In this document: piece by piece, positions 38,991-49,657 of the stretch
Layout of the letters: the number at the start of each line of letters is the position of its first letter
Numbering within the stretch: the stretch's first letter is position 1
Assembly: GCA_964016885.1 (NCBI GenBank)
Contig: OZ024742.1
Span: 147,808,001-147,872,000, forward strand
Length of the DNA stretch: 64,000 bases
Direction of reading: 5' to 3'
From: Eledone cirrhosa
Taxonomy: Eukaryota
The notes under the pieces: model-generated
Seen by the model: only the letters and a program-made list of their open reading frames with translations
The model's database searches: none
What the model was told of the DNA's origin: nothing
Position numbers and translations under genes: made by a program

Positions 38991-41657
38991 TAGTTAATAA
39001 TTAGCTGAAGTCTTTAAAAAGTTTATTGATAGTAGTTAGTGAAAATTAAAAATAAGAATTTTTAGATTTTAAAAACATTAAGATTAGCTTTAGATAGCTA
39101 TCTGTCGCACAAAAAGAAAAAAAAAAAAATATATAAACAGGTAGCTATTAAAAAAGCCATTTATTAGAAGCATTTATTCAGAACATGAAGTCAAAACAAG
39201 AATGTCACATACAACTTCTAGCAGCTGGAAGGGGAGAGAAGGATGTGAAGTTTATTAACTGTGTTACACTATTAAATTAAACGGTAGACTTTAGAAAACT
39301 TTATTTCAATAAAATAGGATGAATATATATAACATATTCATAAGACATTCTTGTTTTGACAGATCACAACCAGAAGAGATTAAAAAGCTTATTTTTATTT
39401 GCTGTTATGTCTAAGCCAGAGCATGAAAAAATGACCAGACAGCAGCAAGCAGCTGTTTTCCTTAGAGTGGCTCAAAGAACAATTACAGAGGAGGAAAGAT
39501 ATATCAGTTGGTTAGAAAAGGAAATGAAGAAATTAATATTGTTAAAATAGTATATAAGTTATTAACCACTCTAATGGAAACAAACTTTGATAGCAATGCT
39601 GTGGTGTAGAAAAATATTCTAATGCTACATAGTAGTAAGAACTGAAACCAGGATTAGAGCATTGCAGAATAAAATTGCTCAGTTTACTAACGATATTGAT
39701 TTCAAAAGATCCTTTAGTTACAGCTTCCACAGTACGCTGGGCCTAATGAACAAAAAAAAAAAGAAAAGAAAAAAAAAAAAAAAAAAAAAAAGGACAACAT
39801 TTAACAAAACTCTTTTTACTCAAATGGCATTATTTATGTAGCACAGTTTTCAGAATGGGGGATTCTCCAACACATTGTCTTAATCTGTGGCTGGTGAGAG
39901 GAAACAAAAAACAGGAATCCTAAATATTCTAATTTTTAGAAATTAGATAAGTTGGGAGTTCATAATAAATATATCATATCAAGAATTTATGAGAAAATAT
40001 ACAGTTAATATATTATGTTATAACTCTGTTGTTTTACTTCCATTTCTCTTATGCTTGTATTGGAGTGTAGATTGATCACTTGTTTTGAGTTGCTAGATTG
40101 GCTCCCTGCATGTAGCCTTGACTACATCATTTTCTTGGGCATTTTCCCTTTTAAGGTTACATATTCTTGAAAATTATTGGAGCAGATGATTTTAACATTA
40201 AACTCTTAATAATACAATCGGTGTAGTACTTATTTTCTGCTGTCCAGTGGTTAAGAATCTCATTATTACAATTAAGTATACAATATATTGCAATGGAAAG
40301 AACTAGTTTAATAATAAAATTATTGGAATTTTAATGAAAACTGCTATAGTTCTATACTTCTCTCAATTGGTAAATCAAAGAATCACAGTTCAATAGTGTT
40401 ATGAACCTAGTATCAGCTATTAGCTTATTTTATATCATATTTTTTGTACAATAGCATTGATTGTTACAGGTAACCACCGAGACAATCAGTGGTTCACTGC
40501 ATTTATGATAATCAGAGCAGCAAATCAAGCCTTTGTAACTTAGACAAAACAAAAACAAGGTTCAAAAACTCAGGTTTATAAGTTTTCTCACCTGTCTTAT
40601 ATCTTTGGCAATATATATATATATATCAGTGTGTGTCATAAGAAGCAACTAAAAGCATTGGTGTCAGTCACAAAGGGTATTCAGTATTGCCTCATGTTCC
40701 GTTTAACCCATGACACAATGGAAACGTCAACATAAAAAATGAAGATATATATATAATCATTGTTTTTCTATCTGCTTTTCCATGCAGGAATAGATTGGAT
40801 GAGACTGAGGTAGTTTTCTATGGTTAAATATCTTTTCTGATTCCAACTTGTACTTGTTTTAAAACATGGTATATAGTCCACTGATATTCATCTTGTTGAA
40901 ATGCTGAGCTGTGGGACATTGGCTACCTAAGAAGTTTTATGGCAAAGACAAGCACACACACACCCATTAGACTTCCATAGTTTCTGTTTACAAAATTTCA
41001 CTTATAAGGTATTGGTCAATTCAACGCTATAGTAGAATGCACAATGGGACTGAACCTGGAACCATGTTAATCACACAGCCATGCAATATAAAGCCAGTTC
41101 TTTATAGAATACTTTTATAATCTTCTCAATAATTGGAAGTGGATCACATGAATTTTATTGTATATTTGTTTGAACATGACCAGGATTATATGTAGATTGT
41201 AGACTAACCAGAAGAAAACCACTGCTTAACTTGAAACTTCTAGTCAGCAGAATATATAGATGAAGGAGTCTGTATAAGGTTAACCCTTTACATTACTCTA
41301 TATTTCCTATTGAATTTTTGTGGTAAAGGCTTTATCTTATATAATCATGTCACATAATACTGAAGCTACAAGATTTTGATGTTATTTATTTTGAAAACAA
41401 TACCTAAACATCTATATGAGCGACTAGTTATGGCCGGTTTAAATGCTAAAGGGTTAAGGTAAGAGTGATACAACAATACCTAGAGTAGTAACACATTTGA
41501 AATCTGGTGAATTATATATTGTATATTCTTTTATTTGTTTCAGTCATTAAGCTGCATCATGCCAGGGCAACGTCTTCAAGGGATTTAGTTGATTATATCG
41601 AACCTAGTACTTACTTAAAAAAAACAAAAAACACACACAAAAGTATTCTGTACTTAC

Positions 41658-41827
41658 TTCAGTTGGTAAATAACAGGTCTTCTCTTCTATTGGTTCAACT
41701 TCTTCAGGAACAACTATTGAGCTTACATAATCTTTCTCCCGTATGAAGATTTTGGCATTAGTTTCGTCAGCACCTAGTCTTAGACGGACTTCTAAAGGGA
41801 TCTCATCAATTCTAATTTCCCTTTCAC
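41658..41827 (-). CDS. RASSF2: RASSF2/4-like exon (RA domain end)
   Basis: (G)EREIRIDEIPLEVRLRLGADETNAKIFIREKD...YLPTE; donor GAA|GTAAGT; phase 1-0. Confidence 0.88.
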
Positions 41828-42490
41828 CTATGTAAAAAAAAAAAAAAATATATATATATATAAATTTACTTAAAATGATATTCAGACTAGTGTATTCACT
41901 TTGATTGATATAGTAACAATGTTTCAGCCATGGTACCCTCTGGCTATCTTTAGTCGAGGAGGAGCAGCACAAAGCTTGTCTCTCTGCTTTTTTGGCTCTA
42001 CCCTATAATTCACCACCACATCATTTTTTGTCTTGATGTCGCAGACCTAGTTCGTGGTGTTCAGTAGGTTGTCTCAGAAATTTTCATTCCCTCTACGTTA
42101 CAGTTTTCCTGTTCTTACTGTCGTATGCATCAAGTAAGATTTCTCAGAATTTGTTGTCAGCTGAGGTTTTTTTAGAGACTAACAAATCCGGAAAAGGACA
42201 TGGATGCTAAGTTTGTCAGGTATATCCGATTTGGCATCTGGTCAAAATGCTTGCCACAGAATTGACTCCCCAAAAGGCACCCAAAGGAGCTAGTGAAATT
42301 TGAATCCAGAATTAAGTCATCTCACCTATACACTAACCCACTGTTCTTGACCTTGCAGGATTTGAACTTAGAGCAAAGAGAGCTAGTACAAATACTGCAA
42401 TTATTCAATATTCTAACAACTGTGCCAATTTGATGTCTAAATGTAATTATATGTATAAGACAAATTTTGGTATTAACTAACTGCACTCAC

Positions 42491-42542
42491 CTTCAGCTTC
42501 TGTGACAACATATAGAGAAAATTCATCAGCATCATTCTCAAC
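42491..42542 (-). CDS. RASSF2: RASSF2/4-like exon (RA domain)
   Basis: VENDADEFSLYVVTEAE+G, comparable to IENSAEEFALYVVHTSG; AG acceptor and GTGAGT donor; 52 nt. Confidence 0.9.
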
Positions 42543-43167
42543 CTATAAAAGACATTATAATAGTAATAATAGGAAATAGAAGCTACCAGATCATTAGAAT
42601 ATCAAATATAGTTCCCAATAGAGAAAAATTTTGGTTGTAATATAGCTCCTCTTAGAGATAAATATAGCTTGTAATATAGTTCTTAGAGATAAATATAAAA
42701 GAAGAACTATATTAGCTACCCTAATAATAATTTATATAAATAACTAATATAGTCAGTTGGTTGGGATAGTTAATATTGCTCTAGATCACTTAATACCATT
42801 ATATGAGCCAAAGAGGGAGCCTCTACATGGTCACTCAACCAGCTAAAAACAGTAGCCATAACTCCATCAAACCACTCTCTACTGTCTTAAAAAAAGGTAA
42901 GATATATTGGGTAATGTAGCTTTTCATATAACAAAAGATGGGATGGTCATGACTAGAATGCTTTTGACTACAGGTTAGCACAATCAGAGCTTATCTGTGA
43001 GCTAAACAACAAATATTAAAACCAAAGAAATTATAATTTTCCTATCAACCATTGTAATCAGTAAAATGAAGGTAAAGCACAGAGTTTCGTAAAGGTATTA
43101 GTTGAGGGGTAGAAGGAGAGAATCATAGGCAGTTTCTTTCATTTAAAATATGGTAATAAAAGGGTTA

Positions 43168-43560
43168 ATCATCATCATTATCGTCATCTTCCACGCTAGC
43201 ATGGGTTAGACGGGAGTTGTCCTAATTGGGAGCAAGGTTGGTTGGGTGATTGGGTCTTGCTCGTATAATACTATCTGGCAGGTTTTCTACGGCAGGATGC
43301 CGTTCCTAACACCAACCACATTTACAGTGTGGACTGGGAATTTTTTACTGTGTTACCTACACGGCTACATTACAGCGTGGACTGTGTTTTTTTGTTGTGA
43401 CACCTACACGATCTCGATCTCATTATTTCATTAATTTGGACTGGATGTTGTGATACCAACTTTACAGAGAAAGAGTGGTGTTGGTGGTAGTGGGAGGATA
43501 GATTAGGGGTAGTGGGTTGGGGGTGTATATTTGGTTAAGCGTTGCCTACTGACTGCATAA
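43168..43560 (-). mobile_element. RTE 3' UTR fragment
   Basis: Homologous to 59310-59680 in reverse orientation. Confidence 0.75.
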
Positions 43561-44702
43561 ATATTTCTACATATATACTAAATGTAAATAGCATTAGCTA
43601 GAATATAAACTGTAATTTAACTGTTAAAATAAGAGGCGATGGAGCCTACAAAAAAAAATTTAGGTTTGTGTCAAATGCAGAACTTTAGAAATGAATTAGT
43701 ATTTTTATGTGGCTGCCAATTCATTCACTTTGTTTAAAAGATCAGTCTTAGCTGTCTTTCAAAGTAATCAGCTTAGCTTAGTTTACTTTGTCTTTCTAAT
43801 TCTCCACACCTGTCACTATCACTTAAGATGTTCAGGTGTTTAATTTAAAATCAACAAGCTTAGTTTGACAAGTTTCACTGGAACATAGCCCACTCTGAAT
43901 TAGAAATCAGACCCAGCTTATTCTCAAAGTAGCAGACCTAACTCAGCACCAAATTGTACCTGGTTCTATTATTCAAAACCGTTTGTTTTAAATTGTTTAT
44001 ACTTCATCTATAAATGATTTTAGGTAAAAAGCTTTATTAGAGCACCAGCTGAATAATGAGGTTAGTTCATCATCCAGTTTAACACTGCGACATAACATCA
44101 TAGGTCTTTTAGGAGAGTTTACTCTTGCAAGTATTTAGCATGTCTCTGGTTTGAAGATTAACTCTTTCCCTTTCTTTCACTACACTACAATGTTCATACC
44201 CTTGAACAAATGAAATAATTTGAGTTTGCAGTTTAGCAAGCTGACAAACCAAAAATGAGTACAATATCTAAACTATAATAAAGTAAGAAGCGCAGGACTG
44301 CGTACGGTTTATAATTTTTTTTATCCCATTAGTAAAATAAGTTGGATTACTTTGAATAAATAATGAATAAATATTACATAATTTATCTACTAAATTTCGT
44401 GGCTGTTGATTAAATATATTTTGTTTATTTAAAGATTCACTTCTTTAAAATTTCTGAAATGTCAACACTTCCAGTTGACCATCGCTTAAATAAATATACT
44501 AATTTTCCCCCAATGCAGTTTATATATAATATCGTCTTTTTTAATGCATCATTAATTACGTTACTGATTAAATAAGACAGTGTAACGCAGTCTTCGTTTA
44601 ATTTCTATGTATTATATATATTGTCAATTACGATTTTATTTGATGTATCATATCTACATGTATATATACTTGCGTATAATATCAATATACACACTACACA
44701 TT

Positions 44703-44740
44703 CTAGCAGAAAACCACCCGAAGGGTGGTTTTTCTGCTAG
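44703..44740. repeat. 38-bp hairpin ending in CTAG (Helitron-terminus-like)
   Basis: CTAGCAGAAAACCACCC-GAA-GGGTGGTTTTTCTGCTAG followed by T. Confidence 0.7.
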
Positions 44741-44808
44741 TGTACCTAAAGATACAGCAACGGTCTATTAGTTCTTGAGAGAGAGAAGTATATATTATTG
44801 AGACAAAC

Positions 44809-44910
44809 CTTGAATTTTTCGAGCAATGTTTTTATAACGAGCGGAACAGTCATTGTGCTGTTTACCGTAACACTAGTACAACTGCCGATCACTGGGGTGA
44901 AAACACGAGT
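44809..44910 (-). CDS. RASSF2: RASSF2/4-like exon (RA domain start)
   Basis: TRVFTPVIGSCTSVTVNSTMTVPLVIKTLLEKFK, comparable to [34 protein letters not shown]; 102 nt, phase 0-0. Confidence 0.92.
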
Positions 44911-45044
44911 CTAGAGAAAGGAAGAAAAAAACAAAAACAAAAAAAAACGCACAATTACTGTAGTGTGGAGTTTGTGCTCATGTGTCAGAAATAATAATAA
45001 TAATAATAATAAAAACTGACTGAAACCAACAATGGATACAAATA

Positions 45045-45120
45045 CAGGGTGTCCCTAAAAATGTATACATACTTCAACATCACTGGTAATAGTGTGTATA
45101 CATTTTTTGGGGACACCCTG
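45045..45120. mobile_element. 76-bp Tc1/mariner-type MITE
   Basis: TA|CAGGGTGTCCCTAAAAATGTATACA...TGTATACATTTTTTGGGGACACCCTG|TA; TA target duplication. Confidence 0.85.
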
Positions 45121-46222
45121 TATATATAAATTATATATATATATATATTAGCAATGCTGAGATACAACATATAATTATTGCAGATAAAACATTAACAATT
45201 TTTAAAAAGCTATAAAATATAACAAAAAGATTTATGGAACAGTATTGCTGAGTTTCAGTCGTCATACTTATCAATTAGTCACATCAATTTCTTTATTTAT
45301 TTATAGCTCACACTTAAACAGGTTTGTATAACTAGCTTCCCATGAGGTTGCATCTCATTGGAGGTTTCTTGGGTGTTTTATGATAACCCCTCCTTCCAGT
45401 CCTACCACGAAAAACAAGAAGAACACAACTTTTCCATCGATCAATGAATTGAACCCACAACATTCATGATCAAGAGGCCAACAGCCTTGCTTCGCGTGTT
45501 CACACTAACTACTTTCTATAAATGGAAGAGACTATGTAGCCGGTTCAGGTAAAATAGACTCCCAGGCTATTTAGCCGATAGAGTGTCAGGCACCATGTAT
45601 TGCAGCCCAAGTTAAGACAATTTGAAATCTTTTCTATCATCAATTGTTAAAATAAAAGTTAAATCATTTAGACGTCATCTTATAATTCTGCTTGTGTTTT
45701 ATCCATTCGTAACGTATGTTACGCTTTAGTTACACACACATCTGAGTTCCATGGCATAAAATGTTTAGCAGAAAGTCAAATATTTTCGAAATTAAGAATT
45801 TTAGCAGTAAGTCACGACCTGTGGTCTAAAACACTATTGTTTAGTGGTAAAATAAGCTTCCGGGAACCCGGTTAGAGTAGCGACCCTTTAGCGTTTACCG
45901 GTAAAATAAGCTTAAAAAGCATGTTTGTCTATTTTGCCGGGATCGACTTTATAAATTATCTACTTTATGAACAAATACATTTTATAATTCGAAATTATCT
46001 AAAGCTTTCATGGTACCAGTGTCGTGTGTTTGTCAAAATTGTAGTTAATCTCATTTAATAGTGTATTAGTGAACAGCTTACAGTAGTCAATGAAACACTA
46101 TGACTATGGCCGTCTTGCAGACGCTATCGCTAACTAGAGAATGTCTTATCCTGTTAAAAACTTTAAAAAAAATGAAAATTAAGTGGAAGGGAGAAGTGCC
46201 TGTGGAATGCTCAGACACTTAC

Positions 46223-46243
46223 ATCAAAATAAAAGACGGACAT
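46223..46243 (-). CDS. Candidate alternative first coding exon of the RASSF gene (MSVFYFD)
   Basis: ATG TCC GTC TTT TAT TTT GAT|GTAAGT consensus donor in phase 0, in a CpG-rich patch upstream of the 44910 acceptor. Confidence 0.45.
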
Positions 46244-46980
46244 ATTTAAATCACACGTCACGCGGGGCGCTGGAGTTTCTAATAGTTTTTGAACCAAGTC
46301 AACACACGTAGCGAGCCTACGACGTTGGAATAACAAAGCACTTTTGTGGGCAAGGCAAGTTGCCAACGATGATGACAACTTCGTTGTCGGAGATCTAGCT
46401 TCCCCAAACGTCTCGAGCGCTAAAGACAGGAAAACTTTGTCGATAATTCCTGGTGTTTAAGATTTTTTTTTATCTCATACGGCTATGAATGTAGTGCCCG
46501 TTAAATTTACCGCGGCATCGTGAGCTGTTTTGAACATGGACACAGCGTAGCATCAGTAAACAAAACAAAGCAAAAAGTAAATGTTCACACCAGTTTGTAT
46601 AGAAATCAACAGAACAAGAAGTGAAGTGAAATAACCCAGCGAGGAATTGAACCTGCATTACAAACTTGAATTGCTGGCAGTCTATCAACACTTTACAAAG
46701 AAAAAAAATAGTGAATAAATGAATAATAAGCATTTTATGGCCGTCTCCCCAGCTAAATCAAGAGTTAGTGTTGCATCATGGGATCCTTCATGAAGCTATT
46801 TCACGGCCGACCTTCTCTGGTACCAGCGCTTTTAGTTTCTTCTTGCGACACGATACAGTACCTATAGTACATAAATATCAACAATATTTGTTTCAAATCA
46901 AGCTTTCTGTGGAATTTGACTGAAAAATATATACATAAAAAGAATTTAAAACAACATTTCTAAAAGAAAAAGAATCTCAC

Positions 46981-47163
46981 ATCATAATTGTAAATATGTC
47001 CGTTTATAGAAGCTCGTTTCCACTTGCTTGGTCGGTCAGCTCTGTATGCAACTGTGTTGGATTTGCGAATATTTCGACGTCGAACAACACCATCTAAATT
47101 GGGTACAATCAAACTATCATCCATGCCATATTTTGGGAGAGTTGGTTGTAGAGATTGTACTGC
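46981..47163 (-). CDS. RASSF2: RASSF2/4-like exon
   Basis: AVQSLQ...RRRNIRKSNT...KRASINGHIYNYD (SINGH.YN is the RASSF2/4/6 signature); acceptor CTTGCAG, donor GTGAGA; 183 nt, phase 0-0. Confidence 0.92.
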
Positions 47164-48083
47164 CTGCAAGAAGAAACAAATCGAAATTTTACAAAATAGT
47201 TTTTTACTTTTTAAATCGAACCGTAGATTTTATTAAAAGTGTCAATATGACGTTTGTGGTGATTGGCGTGCACACACAGCCAATGGGCTTCATTATAGTT
47301 TCCACCTACCAAATCCACTCGCAAAGGCATTAGTCGAAGACACTTGCCCAGAGTGCCAACGAGTGGTACAGAACCGACGGTGCTTCTCCAGAACAATCTC
47401 ACCCAAATGATAAATTAATGTAAATACAATCGGAACTAATTTATTCCAAATTAGAGTTATGGTTAGGATTAATTCAATTCTGTAATTGACACAAGATTGA
47501 CAGTCATACAAACAATCCCCAATTTGGAATTAGTTCAGATCAACTTTCACCTTAATTTGAATAAGTTCAGATTATATTATTGTCTTATTTATATTAATAT
47601 ATAATGGTGGGGTGGGACTATTCTGGAGAAGCGCTCAACCGACCGTAGAACAACAAAAATTGATGCTTCCACCTTTCTTCATGATTCTGACCAACCAGAG
47701 CTGATCTTAGACTAAACAATAACTACAGCAACAGAAAAAAAAATAACAAAAGGAATAACGAAATGTTTTTTTTATGTATATATATATGTATATATATATT
47801 TGTTATTTACGAAAAGTGAGTCAAAAGTTAGACGGCTGTTTTCCACCAATTCGCTGTACATTATTCTTTTTACTCTACAGTAATAGTCACAGTAATAAAT
47901 AGTGGATGCAGGGTTTTGATAATGGTGATCACAACAATGATAATTTGAGCAAGGATTGCTAGGGCAATTATGCTATACTGGTGTCATGTGGATATCAGGC
48001 TCTAGTGGTAGGATTCTGTCCGTAATTTTCGTTTTGCTGGAACTGTTTGAAAGTAGCGGAGCATTCAGACGGCAGTGGCAGTT

Positions 48084-48503
48084 TCACATTGCTAAGTGTG
48101 CTAGCATAGCAGCCATCTTCGTCTGTTCCGTCGCTAGCACAGCTTGCTCGGTCGCACATACGGCCTGTTTAGCAGCTGCACTTTTTTGGTGTTGGCCTGC
48201 ACAAGGCAAGCAACCACATTGGGTGTGGCAGTGACTGTGATGGTGCGGAGCAACATGACAGCAATGACCGTGGCAGTGACCGTGGCAGTGACCGTGGCAG
48301 TGTCCGTGACAGTGACCGTGTCCATGACAGTGACCGTGTCCATGACAGTGACCGTGTCCATGACAGTGACCGTGGCAGTGACCGTGTCCGTGGCAGTGAC
48401 CGTGTCCGTGGCAGTGACCGTGACAGTGTCCGTGGCAGTGTCCGTGGCAATGACCATGGGTGTGCATAATAATGGAATCCGTTATAGAATCACAACAGCT
48501 CAT
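48084..48503 (-). CDS. 139-aa His/Gly/Cys-repeat protein (putative metal-binding), intronic to the RASSF gene
   Basis: AAACATGA start; 68-residue HGHC/HGHGHC tract whose nucleotide variation is confined to synonymous third positions (CAC/CAT, GGA/GGT, TGC/TGT); non-repetitive Cys/His-rich flanks. Confidence 0.6.
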   Translation of the reverse strand: MSCCDSITDSIIMHTHGHCHGHCHGHCHGHCHGHGHCHGHGHCHGHCHGHGHCHGHGHCHGHGHCHGHCHGHCHGHCHGHCCHVAPHHHSHCHTQCGCLPCAGQHQKSAAAKQAVCATEQAVLATEQTKMAAMLAHLAM

Positions 48504-48743
48504 GTTTCTGCTAAATCATACAAAAATTTCAAAATAGATATTGTATTTTATCCTGCGAATTGACACAATTGCGTTTGTGTAAACCAGACTTTATTTTAAC
48601 AATCTCCTTTCAGACTGCTAAAGCCTCACCAAAGTCTCAACAAACAGCCTTATCTAGTAGCTTCAAGTTGTTAAATGAAAAGCGGATAACGCTTGATGCG
48701 TTTCCACTAGATATTAAATTTTCAAAAATTACGAGGCAGACCA

Positions 48744-48757
48744 TTATGACGTCATAA
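48744..48757. promoter_or_regulatory. Full palindromic CRE/ATF site
   Basis: TTATGACGTCATAA (core TGACGTCA at 48747-48754), ~240 bp upstream of the 48503 ATG. Confidence 0.4.
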
Positions 48758-49372
48758 AACGGACAACAATATACTTTGACCGTTGTAGAGAGATGAAACT
48801 GTTGTTCTCTCTCACGAAATTAGAATTGTTTGAAAGAAGAAAAAAAGGTTAACTTGAGATAGATATAACTATCGTTTTTCAATTAGAAGACTCCGTTGTG
48901 AAAATTATGAATAAAAATTGAACCCATAGCAAAATCTAGTAATTAATTCGCATATTTTCCATACTTTGACCCCTCCCCCTCCATTTTGTGAGTATGTCTA
49001 GTATATACTGTCGGAAATATGTCCTGGCTTTTAAACCCCACCATACCTTCGTCAATGGATGATAACAATTAAATTACTTTTGTACAGAATCTAGGAAGAG
49101 TCTTATTTTAAATATAGGGTCGTAGTTTTGATCGCTACGCACAGGTGTACTATTCGAGTTTCGTATGTGAAAGAAGTGGCAATTTTAGATCATCTGTACT
49201 CCAGCAGTTAGTGACTACAAGCAGCTCCCTAATGTCAATTTTAATGTTTAGGGAAGGGTATGCCTAGTTTTCCTGTAGGTATCCAAGAAACCATAAGCGA
49301 TTTTCTTTTACACTCTGCGTAATGATGTTTCCACAATTATTAATACCCGGAACATTTCAACTGGAAAATAAT

Positions 49373-49556
49373 TGTATCTACTTTTGGCACAAGGCCAGCA
49401 ATTATCCCAGTGTATTACTGGTACTTTATTTTATCGACCTCGTAAGGATGAAAGGCAAAGTTAACCTCGGCGGGGTTTGAACTCATAATGGCAAGGGCCG
49501 TAACTCTATACGTCAAAGCATGGCGCCCGACCCTCTACCGATACTGCCAATCCACC
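49373..49556 (-). mobile_element. Meta-type SINE
   Basis: Reverse-complement homolog of 27929-28100; TSD GGAAAATAAT at 49363-49372 and 49557-49566. Confidence 0.8.
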
Positions 49557-49616
49557 GGAAAATAATGATAATCAACAGTTTCTGTATTACCAGAAAAACT
49601 GATTAGGTCTTGTCTA

Positions 49617-49657
<41 letters not shown>

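Noticed and set aside
48134-48563. Thr-Val/Thr-Ala (ice-binding-like), RS-like and plus-strand VTVAV readings of the 48.3-kb repeat
   Set aside because: Repeat variation changes residues in these frames and is fully synonymous in the His/Gly/Cys frame, which also has the best start codon and matching flanks
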